A stretch of DNA of 64,000 nt from an uncultured bacterium. GTDB lineage: Bacteria; Desulfobacterota_D; UBA1144; Nemesobacterales; UBA2774. Each line of letters begins with the position of its first letter. Position 1 is the stretch's first letter. Shown piece after piece: positions 37,208 to 46,321 of the stretch. The notes beneath the pieces are model-generated. The model was not told the DNA's origin. It was given only the letters and a program-made list of their open reading frames with translations, and did no database searches. Position numbers and translations under genes: made by a program. The stretch spans positions 256,001 to 320,000 of the forward strand of contig CAVPJU010000010.1 of the NCBI GenBank assembly GCA_963705505.1, written 5' to 3'.

Positions 37208-38188
37208 ATGACAGACTGGTTAAAAAGACCCATCGATCCGGGCATGTATAAGGAGAGAGAAAAAGAGCCCTTCATAAAAGACTTAGGGAAGAAGGTGCTT
37301 GCGGTCGTTATCGCGATCTCGCTCTGGTTCGTGGCGAACCTGCAGCACGATGTGGAAAAGAGCATTGCGATAGACGTAAACTACGCGAACCTAAAGCAAG
37401 GGCTGATCGTTGTCAACAACCCGCCCGAGAAGCTCAACATCAGGGTCAGAGGGCCGCGCAGCCAGCTTTCGTCCATTTCACCGAAGGATATGGTCTTTAC
37501 GATCGACCTCTCGAACCTGACGACCGGGGCGTCCATGTTCGACATCAGGACGGACCAGATAATACCTCCCCGCGACGTACAGGTGATCGCCGTCAGCCCT
37601 TCCGAGATAAATGTGGACATAGACAGGGTCGCGGAGAAGGAAGTCGCTGTCGAGCCGGTTATCGGGCAGCCCGACGAGGGCTTCGAAATCGCGGGCAGTC
37701 CCGTAGTATCGCCGGAGGCGGTCAGGATCAGAGGACCCGAAAAACTGCTGAAGAGGATCAAGAGCGTGGGAACCGACCCGGTCTCGCTCGAGGGAGAAAA
37801 ATCGAAGTTCTCGATAGAAGTCCCCCTCCGCCCGCCTTACACCCTCGTGGAGATTACAGGCAGCAGCACCGTAAAGGTCACGGTCGATATAAAAGAAAAG
37901 ATACTGGAAAAAGAATTCAATAACCTGGACATAAACTTCGTCAACTTCGATAACCTGAAATATGAAGCGGACGGGAGCGTCGTAACCGAATTAACTTTCG
38001 AGGGGCCTTTCAGTATTATTAACAATCTCAACAGTAAGGATATAGAATTATACGTGGACGGAAGCGAAATAAAGAGCCCGGGCAATAATAAGACCCACAA
38101 TCTGAAAGTCAGCGTAAACTATCCGCATAAGGATATACTCAAGCTGACAAAGCAGTCGCCGAAGACGATTGCCGTGAAATTAAATTAG
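37208..38188 (+). CDS. cdaR: CdaR / YbbR-domain protein
   Basis: TM segment plus YbbR repeats (VRGP, IRGP); between cdaA and glmM. Confidence 0.85.
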   Translation: MTDWLKRPIDPGMYKEREKEPFIKDLGKKVLAVVIAISLWFVANLQHDVEKSIAIDVNYANLKQGLIVVNNPPEKLNIRVRGPRSQLSSISPKDMVFTIDLSNLTTGASMFDIRTDQIIPPRDVQVIAVSPSEINVDIDRVAEKEVAVEPVIGQPDEGFEIAGSPVVSPEAVRIRGPEKLLKRIKSVGTDPVSLEGEKSKFSIEVPLRPPYTLVEITGSSTVKVTVDIKEKILEKEFNNLDINFVNFDNLKYEADGSVVTELTFEGPFSIINNLNSKDIELYVDGSEIKSPGNNKTHNLKVSVNYPHKDILKLTKQSPKTIAVKLN

Positions 38189-38202
38189 GACGGAGGAATT
38201 TA

Positions 38203-39579
38203 TTGGGGCGTATAAGAAAAAGCCTATTCGGAACGGACGGGATCAGGGGGGTCGCAAACCAGCACCCGATGACCCCCGAGATGAGCCTCAAGCTCGGAAA
38301 AGCGCTCACATATGTACTCAAGCGGGGGAAATCCTCGCACATTCCCAAAATAGTTATCGGCAAGGACACGAGGCTCTCGGGGTATATGTTCGAGCAGGCG
38401 CTCTCCTCCGGTATCGCCTCGATGGGAGCCGACGTGCTACTCGTAGGCCCGCTGCCCACGCCGGCGATCGCCTTCATCACTCAGAGCATGCGGGCGGACG
38501 CGGGCATCGTCATATCCGCCTCTCACAACCCTTATGAGGACAACGGAATAAAAATTTTCGACAGACACGGGTTCAAGCTCCCCGACGAAGAGGAGCTCAA
38601 GCTCGAGGACCTGATGCATAACGGCGGAGAAGAACGCCTGATAGCCTCACCCGGAGAGATAGGAAAGGCGCACAGGATCGAGGACGCTCCGGGAAGATAC
38701 GTGGTCTTCGCTAAAAATTCATTTCCGTGTGATATGACGCTCGAAGGAATAAAGATAGTGCTCGACTGCGCGAACGGGGCCGCGTACAAGGTCTCCCCGA
38801 CCATACTCGAGGAGCTGGGAGCGGACCTTATAACCATAGGGGTCCATCCCGACGGCAGGAACATAAACACCGAATGCGGCTCGCTCAAGCCTGAGCTGCT
38901 CAGGGAAAAGGTGCTGGAAACGGGCGCCGATCTCGGGATCGCGCTCGACGGGGACGCCGACAGGGTGATATTCTGCGACGAAAAGGGCGAGATCGTGGAC
39001 GGAGATAAAATAATCGCGATCTGCGCCAATGAAATGATAGATAACGGCAAGCTCAAAGGGCGGGCGGTCGTCACGACTCTGATGAGCAACATGGCGCTCG
39101 AAAACTTCATACTGGGGAAGGGCATGGAATTCATACGCACCGAGGTAGGGGACAGGTACGTCGTGGAAGCCATGAGGTCAAGGAACTGCAACCTCGGAGG
39201 CGAGCAGTCGGGGCATATAATATTCCTCGATCACACGACGACCGGGGACGGGACACTGGCTTCGCTCCAGGTGCTCGCGATAATGAAAAGAGAGGGGAGA
39301 AAACTCTCAGAGCTGTCCAGGATCATCGACCTCTATCCCCAGCTCCTTCTCAACGTAAAAATACGGCAGAAGAAGGACCTCGATAAGATAAAAGGACTGC
39401 CAGAGCTATTGAGCAGGAACGAGGTCCGGTTGAGCGGAAAAGGACGGATAAATATCAGATACTCCGGTACGGAGCCCATATCGAGAGTAATGGTGGAGGG
39501 CGAGGACGTTTCACTCATAAGGGAGATCGCGGACGAGCTTGCGGACGCCATACAAAGGGACATAGGGGCAGTCGCCTGA
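38203..39579 (+). CDS. glmM: Phosphoglucosamine mutase
   Basis: [34 protein letters not shown]. Confidence 0.96.
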   Translation: MGRIRKSLFGTDGIRGVANQHPMTPEMSLKLGKALTYVLKRGKSSHIPKIVIGKDTRLSGYMFEQALSSGIASMGADVLLVGPLPTPAIAFITQSMRADAGIVISASHNPYEDNGIKIFDRHGFKLPDEEELKLEDLMHNGGEERLIASPGEIGKAHRIEDAPGRYVVFAKNSFPCDMTLEGIKIVLDCANGAAYKVSPTILEELGADLITIGVHPDGRNINTECGSLKPELLREKVLETGADLGIALDGDADRVIFCDEKGEIVDGDKIIAICANEMIDNGKLKGRAVVTTLMSNMALENFILGKGMEFIRTEVGDRYVVEAMRSRNCNLGGEQSGHIIFLDHTTTGDGTLASLQVLAIMKREGRKLSELSRIIDLYPQLLLNVKIRQKKDLDKIKGLPELLSRNEVRLSGKGRINIRYSGTEPISRVMVEGEDVSLIREIADELADAIQRDIGAVA

Positions 39580-40292
39580 TGCCGAGATTAAACGTGAACG
39601 TGGATCACGTGGCCACGGTGAGACAGGCAAGGGGCGGGAATGTGCCCGACCCGGTTCTCGCAGCCTATCTGGCGGAGCTTGCGGGAGCGCACGGGATAGT
39701 CGTCCACCTCAGGGAAGACAGGAGGCATATACAGGACAGGGACCTGAGAATCCTGAGGCAGACCGTCAGGACGAAGCTGAATATGGAGATGGCGTCGACC
39801 GAAGAAATGGTCGCGATAGCGTCTCAGGTGAAGCCGGACATGGTCACTCTCGTGCCCGAAAAGAGGAAGGAGCTGACGACCGAGGGAGGACTCGACGTGG
39901 CAGGCAATTTTAAAAACATTTCCGGAGCCGTTAAGGAGCTTAAAAAAGCGGGTATCTTCGTAAGCCTTTTCATCGACCCCGACTCGGAGCAGATAAAGGC
40001 GTCGGGCGAGACCGGAGCACAGATGGTCGAAATCCATACGGGCTCTTACGCGGAAGCGGCGAGCGACGCGGCAAGGGAAGCGGAATTAAAAAAGATTACA
40101 AAGGCCGTCAAAAAGGCGTCCGAGCTCGGAATGAGGGTCGCAGCAGGACACGGGCTCGATTACGTAAACGTAGGGCCAATTGCCGGAATAAAAGAGATAG
40201 AAGAGCTCAACATAGGCCACAGTATAGTATCGAGGGCGATAATGGTCGGGTTTGAGCGAGCTGTAAGCGAAATGGTGAGGCTGATAAGTTAA
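39579..40292 (+). CDS. pdxJ: Pyridoxine 5'-phosphate synthase
   Basis: [33 protein letters not shown]. Confidence 0.96.
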   Translation: MPRLNVNVDHVATVRQARGGNVPDPVLAAYLAELAGAHGIVVHLREDRRHIQDRDLRILRQTVRTKLNMEMASTEEMVAIASQVKPDMVTLVPEKRKELTTEGGLDVAGNFKNISGAVKELKKAGIFVSLFIDPDSEQIKASGETGAQMVEIHTGSYAEAASDAAREAELKKITKAVKKASELGMRVAAGHGLDYVNVGPIAGIKEIEELNIGHSIVSRAIMVGFERAVSEMVRLIS

Positions 40293-40359
40293 ACACCGGC
40301 TAGCATTCCGCTGCCCGGCTTCGATTACAATCCCTTCTCACGCATTCAGGAAATTAAAC

Positions 40360-40824
40360 CTACTTAGCTTCCCTGCAGGAGGAGCAGAGGCCGTATATCT
40401 CGAGCTTGTGGTTCTCTAATTTGAACTCGTTCAGCTTTGCGATCTGGTTCAGGCAAGATTCGACCTGGTTATTGGCGAACTCGTAAATTTTTCCGCACTC
40501 TGTGCATATCATGTGATGATGGTGCTCGCGCTCGGAGCGGATAGGCTCGTAGCGGGCTTTGCCGTCGCCGAAGTTCCTTTCCGAGGCGATACCGCTCTCC
40601 CTGAAAAGCTTGAGAGTCCTGTATACCGTCGCAAACCCGATATATGGGTGCTTCCGTTTTATATCCTCGTACAGCTCTTCGACAGTCACGTGTCTGCCCA
40701 TATAGTTGCCGAAGAACTCTTCGAATATTATGTCTCTCTGCTTCGTCGACTTAAGCCGTTTTCTGGCTATGAATTCGTTGAAAGTCTTTCTTCTGTCCAT
40801 CTTCATCTGTGCTACAGGAGTCAT
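40360..40824 (-). CDS. fur: Fur-family transcriptional regulator
   Basis: TKQR, ATVYRTL, HHHHMICTECG, CSSC; start at ATG 40824 with a GGGAG RBS. Confidence 0.9.
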   Translation of the reverse strand: MTPVAQMKMDRRKTFNEFIARKRLKSTKQRDIIFEEFFGNYMGRHVTVEELYEDIKRKHPYIGFATVYRTLKLFRESGIASERNFGDGKARYEPIRSEREHHHHMICTECGKIYEFANNQVESCLNQIAKLNEFKLENHKLEIYGLCSSCREAK

Positions 40825-40842
40825 ATCAAAGCTCCCTGCGAA

Positions 40843-40861
40843 ATTGATATTTATTATCAAT
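40843..40861. promoter_or_regulatory. Fur box
   Basis: ATTGATATTTATTATCAAT has perfect 7-bp arms; 14/15 match to the 7-1-7 consensus TGATAATnATTATCA. Confidence 0.75.
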
Positions 40862-40998
40862 AATAAATTAAAGTGAAAGGAATATCAAGAGGTGAATATT
40901 ATTAACTGGAAATTATTACCATTCAATAGCCCTCAGACCCATTCCCAACCAGTCCCTAATTTCATGATATAATTTTCGGCTCCGGCCGGAAATTAATT

Positions 40999-42260
40999 AT
41001 GGATAACGCTTACCTGTACCTCGATTCCCTGGGGCTTCATAAAATAAAACCGGGGCTCCGCCGCATAAAAAAGCTCCTCGAATCATTGGGAAATCCTCAA
41101 GATAAGGTGCCGGGCATTATCGTCGGAGGGACAAACGGCAAGGGGTCTGTAGTATCGGCAATCTCGTCAGTCCTCACGGCGGAGGGATATAAGACCGGCA
41201 CTTACACCTCCCCTCACCTGATTAACGTTACCGAAAGGATAAAGATAAACGGGATAGAAATAGAGAGCGATGGGCTTGCTCAAATAATCCTCCGCGTAAA
41301 GAAGGCGGGAGAGAAATCACTCGCCGGAGAGCCCGAGCTACTTTGAGGTATTGACGGCCTCGGCGTTCGTCTATTTTGCCGAATCCGGGGCGGATTACAG
41401 CGTGCTCGAGGTGGGTATGGGAGGCAGGTGGGACGCTACGAACGTGATAACCCCTCTCGTCTCCGTCATAACGAATATATCGAAAGACCATACGGATTAT
41501 CTCGGAAGGACTATAGCGGAAATAGCTCTCGAAAAAGCGTGCATTATAAAACCGCGGGTCACTGCCGTGACCGGCGCAAAGGGAAAGGCGCTCGGAGTGA
41601 TCGCTGAGTACGCGGCGAAGAAAAGATCGCCCTTAAAAGTTTATGGCAAGGACTTCCTATCCCGTGGAGACAATACGGATTCTTTTGACTACATCGGAAG
41701 CGTGTGGGAATTCCAAAGACTGCGCTCGAACCTCGCGGGCGCTTACCAGATCGAGAACCTGTCGGCCGCTATCTCGGCTCTCGAGACGATGTCTCACGAC
41801 CACGGCATAAGGATCGGAGAGAAAAATCTGCGAAAAGGACTCGCGAATATAGACTGGGGAGGGAGGCTCGAAATCCTGAGAAAAAACCCGCCGCTCTACC
41901 TCGACAGCGCTCACAACCCCGGAGGCGCAAAAGCGCTCGTCGAGTCGTTAGCCGGCCTGCACCCCTCTCTCAAATTCACATTCCTCATAGGGATGCTGAA
42001 AGATAAGGACCATGCTTCTTTCTTAAGAGAGATCTCGACACTCGCGGAGAAGCTCGTGATCACGGAAATACCGTCGGAGAGGACTATGAGCGCAGAAGCC
42101 CTTTCAGAGAAAGCCTCAAAAATATTTTCAGGGAGAGATCAGGACGGAGAGCGATTACAAAAAGGCTTTTTCCGAATTGAAGAAACTCAAAGAGCCCGCA
42201 TGCATCGCAGGCTCGCTTTATCTTACGGGAGCTATAAAGGCGCTCCTCGATTCTCGATAA
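40999..42260 (+). CDS. folC: Folylpolyglutamate synthase / dihydrofolate synthase, two frameshifts (about 41335 and 42130)
   Basis: GTNGKGS, YTSPHL, EVGMGGRWDATN, DSAHNP; shifted-frame C-terminus CIAGSLYLTGAIKALLDSR ends at TAA 42260. Confidence 0.9.
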
Positions 42261-42336
42261 ACGATACATTTCTTTTGTCTAAACGCTGATACTGTGCTAG
42301 CCTTTTATCCCACATTTAAAAAGGGACAGATTGAAC

Positions 42337-43371
42337 ATGCGGAAAGTCGGAATAGTTCTGGATAAGCTCTACGTCGATCACGACAACGGGTTCGGCCACC
42401 CCGAATCGCAGGAGAGGCTGCTTGCGATAATAGACATGCTCAAACATACGAAGCTCCTCGATGAAGTATCGAAGATAGAGCCGAGGGACGCGACCAAAGA
42501 AGAGATAACCCTCGTCCACACGCCTGATTATTACGATAAGATAGCCTGGACAAAGGGTAAGCCTAAGGTATTCCTCGACGCCGACACATCCACAAGCCCA
42601 GTTTCGTTCGACGCCGCTGTCAGGGCATCGGGCGGTATGCTGTCCGCAATAGACAGCGTGCTCGACGGTGAAGTGGAGAGGGCTTTTCCGCTGGTGAGAC
42701 CTCCGGGCCACCATGCCGAAGCAGACAGGGCAATGGGCTTTTGCCTCTTTAACAACGTCGCGGTGGGCGGGGCATACCTGACTGAGATAAAGGGATTTAA
42801 CCGCGTGCTCATCGTGGACTGGGACCTCCACCACGGAAACGGGACACAGCACATGTTCTACGAGAGTCCCAAGGTGCTATATTTTTCGACACACCAGTAC
42901 CCCTATTACCCGGGAACCGGAGCTACGTCCGAATCGGGGCACGGAGAGGGGGAAGGATATACGGTGAACGTGCCTCTGCCGCCGGGGATGGGAGACAACG
43001 AATATATCAAAATTTTTAACGACATACTCGGCCCCGTAACCGAGCAGTATAAACCCGAATTCATACTCGTTTCAGCGGGCTTCGATACGTTTTACGACGA
43101 CCCCCTCGGGGGAATGAAGGTCACCCCGGAGGGATTCGCGAAGATGACGAGGTTCCTGACGGACGCCGCCGAAAAGCATTGCGGCGGGAAAATTGTCTTT
43201 ATACTCGAAGGGGGCTATAACCTGGACGGTCTCTGGATATCGACGAAGGAAGTCATCGAGGAGCTTCTCGACAAGAAACGCTCGGACTATGCTTCCCCGG
43301 AAGGACCCACGGAGGCCGACCTCATACTGGACAGGGTTAAAAAGGATTACTCCTCTTACTGGGACTTCTAA
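42337..43371 (+). CDS. Histone deacetylase family protein
   Basis: HPESQER, RPPGHHA, GFCLFNN, DWDLHHGNGTQ, LEGGY. Confidence 0.93.
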   Translation: MRKVGIVLDKLYVDHDNGFGHPESQERLLAIIDMLKHTKLLDEVSKIEPRDATKEEITLVHTPDYYDKIAWTKGKPKVFLDADTSTSPVSFDAAVRASGGMLSAIDSVLDGEVERAFPLVRPPGHHAEADRAMGFCLFNNVAVGGAYLTEIKGFNRVLIVDWDLHHGNGTQHMFYESPKVLYFSTHQYPYYPGTGATSESGHGEGEGYTVNVPLPPGMGDNEYIKIFNDILGPVTEQYKPEFILVSAGFDTFYDDPLGGMKVTPEGFAKMTRFLTDAAEKHCGGKIVFILEGGYNLDGLWISTKEVIEELLDKKRSDYASPEGPTEADLILDRVKKDYSSYWDF

Positions 43372-44198
43372 GCCTTCTTCTTCTCTTTCCTGTAATCCCT
43401 GCCCTCGAGGTAGATCAGCTCACACATCTCGAAAAGACGGGAAGCGATGCGGTCCCCTACCCTCACTTCCAGTATCTCGTCCGAATTGCCGGATTCTTTC
43501 GCGATCTCCCTTGTCACGTAGTTCGTGGTGATGAGCGTCTTCTTCGAGGCGTTATAACGCTTGGATATGAGCTGGTCGAGGATGTTCAGTTCCCATTCGT
43601 TGCTCCTCCCCTTACCGAGCTCGTCGATAACGAGCACCTCGGTCTCTATGAGCGGCATTATGACCTCGTTCTCAGGGGTGCCCTCGGAATAAGCCTGTTT
43701 GAGCTCCGAGAGGAGGTAAAAGAAGTCCTTGAACATGCATTTAACACCGTGATAAAGGGTAAGCTCCGATATGGTCCCCACCGCGAGATGGGTCTTGCCC
43801 AGTCCCGAGGGCCCCATGAGCAAGAACCCCTTTTTCGTCGGGTACTTCTTTACGAACTCCTCCTTCGCGTATTTGAGAGCCATCTGGAGGTGCCTGTTGA
43901 TATGGTTCGGCACGAGACCGGCGTCCACCTGCAACACGTGAGAATATTTGGCCGGTATCGCAGCCATGTTGTAGAGCCTTACGTTCCTCCTGACAACGCC
44001 GCAGGACGGGCACGGAGAAATATAGGAATAGCCCTTCTCGTTCTTTAAAAGCACGTTCCCCGCACCCCCGCATTCCGGGCATCCGAGCACACACCCGCAA
44101 AGTGCCGCCGCCGCATAATTCCCTTTATTCTTTATTACGAACCCCGACCAGTGACAATCGTCACAGCCGGCCGATTCTTTGTTCTTCGTCCTTTTCAT
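43368..44198 (-). CDS. DnaC/IstB-like AAA+ ATPase with Cys-rich N-terminus
   Basis: Several CxxC pairs; GPSGLGKTHLA; LVIDELG; ITTN; RIASRLFEMC; GRDYR. Confidence 0.85.
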   Translation of the reverse strand: MKRTKNKESAGCDDCHWSGFVIKNKGNYAAAALCGCVLGCPECGGAGNVLLKNEKGYSYISPCPSCGVVRRNVRLYNMAAIPAKYSHVLQVDAGLVPNHINRHLQMALKYAKEEFVKKYPTKKGFLLMGPSGLGKTHLAVGTISELTLYHGVKCMFKDFFYLLSELKQAYSEGTPENEVIMPLIETEVLVIDELGKGRSNEWELNILDQLISKRYNASKKTLITTNYVTREIAKESGNSDEILEVRVGDRIASRLFEMCELIYLEGRDYRKEKKKA

Positions 44199-44205
44199 GG
44201 GTTGT

Positions 44206-44859
44206 TTATGAGATTATACACTTTATTCCGTATTTTCTTCCGAGAATCTCGTTCCTGAAAGAAATGAGGCTTTCATCGTAGGCGCTCTTTGTCATGAAAC
44301 GAGCCCTCTCGTTTATCATCTTCTCGGCCTCAAGACTGATCTTCTCCCTCTCTTTTTCAGGCAGTCCGTTGAAAAACTCCTCCAGCGACTCTTCCTCAAG
44401 CAACGAGATTTGAGAAAGATAAGTCTCGCCGCCCTGTTTATCGAGTCCGAGAATTTTTTTTCTGAGTCTTATATAATAATCCCTTATAGACGAATCCTTC
44501 TCGTCATTTATAAAAGATTCGAGCCTCTCCTCTATGTCCCCTTTTACGCCTCCGGGCTTTGACTCTTTATCCCGTCCCGACCGGCCCTTTTTGATTAGGG
44601 GTCCGTATTCTTCGATGCACTTTTCCACATAGCCCGCGCAGTGCCTGAGATTCCTGGGAGAGTCTGTGCCCCTGTTCTTTCCCTCGCTCCTTTCCGCAAA
44701 CGCCCTGTTTATGCCCCTGAGAACGACCTCTTTAGGAATATTCCTCTTTTTCCAGTCCTGAATGAGGCTGTAGTCGATCGAGGAGAGCATAAGCCCCTCC
44801 CCCGCCAGTGTAAGAAAATATGTTTCGATTTCCTTAACGTACTCCGGGACGTGCTCCAT
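44206..44859 (-). CDS. Hypothetical protein with a DnaD-like N-terminal helical domain
   Basis: LSSIDYSLIQDW...IPKEVVLRGINRAF...LRHC pattern; ends 7 bp before the DnaC-like gene. Confidence 0.6.
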   Translation of the reverse strand: MEHVPEYVKEIETYFLTLAGEGLMLSSIDYSLIQDWKKRNIPKEVVLRGINRAFAERSEGKNRGTDSPRNLRHCAGYVEKCIEEYGPLIKKGRSGRDKESKPGGVKGDIEERLESFINDEKDSSIRDYYIRLRKKILGLDKQGGETYLSQISLLEEESLEEFFNGLPEKEREKISLEAEKMINERARFMTKSAYDESLISFRNEILGRKYGIKCIIS

Positions 44860-44961
44860 TGGTCTTTGTTTTATTCTAATCCATTTCCGCTTAAACGGAA
44901 AGAAGATCCATATAAGCAAGAGGGGCACAGCAATAAAACCGCGCCCCTCATATTCAACCTA

Positions 44962-45783
44962 TTACTGCTTTTTGAACGCATCCACTTCGAGGTATTCACC
45001 GAAAAGTGTAGTCGTGCCGTTCTCCGCAATATTGAAGTCCGAGAATACTCTCTCCAAATCTTTCCTGAGTGATTTCCCTCCTGTTTCGTCGAGCGCATTT
45101 ATCGCTTTATTCATTGGTCCATAGTTATCGAAAAAGAACTGAACGACCTCAGGCACATCAAAAGGATAATCCCATAAAGGATAGATCTTCTTTGTCAGTA
45201 TCATGTGACTTACCGAATAACCGAAACGTTCTTTAACGACCTCTTCGTTGCCCCAGAGGAGGGGTGAAGGCACACCGGACGGGGGCGGAACGTACTTAAC
45301 GAGGGTCTTGAACATTTGTCCGACGAACCCTTCGGGGGTCCAGTTAACCATCAGCATCCTGCCTCCCGGCTTGCAAACCCTGATAAATTCCTGGGCCACT
45401 TTTTCGGGCTGCGGGGCGAACATGGCGCCTACGAGTGTTGCGACGACATCGAACGACCCGTCCGGATACTGGAGACACTCGGCGTCCCCTTCATCGAACT
45501 TTGCATCCAACCCTTCCCTTCTTGCGCGTCCCCGGGCAACCGCAATCGAATTAGACGCAACGTCAACGCCTGTAACATTTATACCCGCCCTGGAAGCCAG
45601 GATGGATATCTGTCCGGTTCCGCAGGCTACATCGAGCAGGCTCCGTCCCTGCGGTATATGCCACCCCTTCAGTATCTCCAAAGCCCCGGGTTCCATATAG
45701 GTTGCAAATTTACCGTAGTCCCCTGCATTCCATGCATCCTTTATTCTTGACTTAATTGTTTCTATATTTGGTATGACGCTCAT
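44962..45783 (-). CDS. Class I SAM-dependent methyltransferase
   Basis: LLDVACGTG, GDAECL, FDVV, RVCKPGG; AGGAG RBS. Confidence 0.92.
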   Translation of the reverse strand: MSVIPNIETIKSRIKDAWNAGDYGKFATYMEPGALEILKGWHIPQGRSLLDVACGTGQISILASRAGINVTGVDVASNSIAVARGRARREGLDAKFDEGDAECLQYPDGSFDVVATLVGAMFAPQPEKVAQEFIRVCKPGGRMLMVNWTPEGFVGQMFKTLVKYVPPPSGVPSPLLWGNEEVVKERFGYSVSHMILTKKIYPLWDYPFDVPEVVQFFFDNYGPMNKAINALDETGGKSLRKDLERVFSDFNIAENGTTTLFGEYLEVDAFKKQ

Positions 45784-45865
45784 GACTTTTCTCCTTTAAA
45801 TTGATTTTTTTACCCAAGGGGCGGGAGCCGTATTTGTATTTGACTCCCTCCCCTTTAGTGCACCG

Positions 45866-46127
45866 TTAAATCCTGACGCCGAACACGAGAAGAGTAGTCT
45901 CATCGTTCGTCCCCTCAACCTTAGTCAAAGTTTCGTCATCATGACCTTTGACAGGGCTCAGGTAGAAGCTCATCGGGCTCGTCTCCACTTCCCCGCCTTT
46001 CGTCTCACACTTCACTTCATTGACCGCAGGACCGCTGGTGTAAAGGTCCATATAGTCAGAAGCGATATGAAAGGGCTGAAAAACCGAGCGATAACCCTAA
46101 TACCGTGACTGCGATTAACTTCTTCAT
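45866..46127 (-). CDS. Small secreted protein (about 86 aa), one frameshift near 46064
   Basis: GGAGG RBS then MKKLIAVTVLGLSLGFSALSY; removing one base joins it to ASDYMDLYTSG...LLVFGVRI (ORF 45866..46051). Confidence 0.75.
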
Positions 46128-46166
46128 TGCACTTACCTCCGTTTGGTTTATTTGCAGAGATATAAG

Positions 46167-46182
46167 TGCAACAGGTGTGCCA
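46167..46182 (-). promoter_or_regulatory. Sigma-54 promoter (-24/-12)
   Basis: Minus strand TGGCAC-ACCTG-TTGCA, matching the consensus; about 40 nt before the small gene and next to a bEBP gene. Confidence 0.88.
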
Positions 46183-46321
46183 AAGAGTTATTATCCGGAT
46201 ATTGTCTGTGATTACAGTGGGTTATGAATCGAATGTCATTATACGTCCGGTAGCGGATTTTCGCTTGCTGCGATTTCTCGCTATGAAATTGCGAGATCTC
46301 ACGATATTTATCAGGATTTAA

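Noticed and set aside
43368..44198. IS21 helper IstB or prophage replication gene
   Set aside because: No istA, terminal repeats or phage genes nearby; composition is host-like
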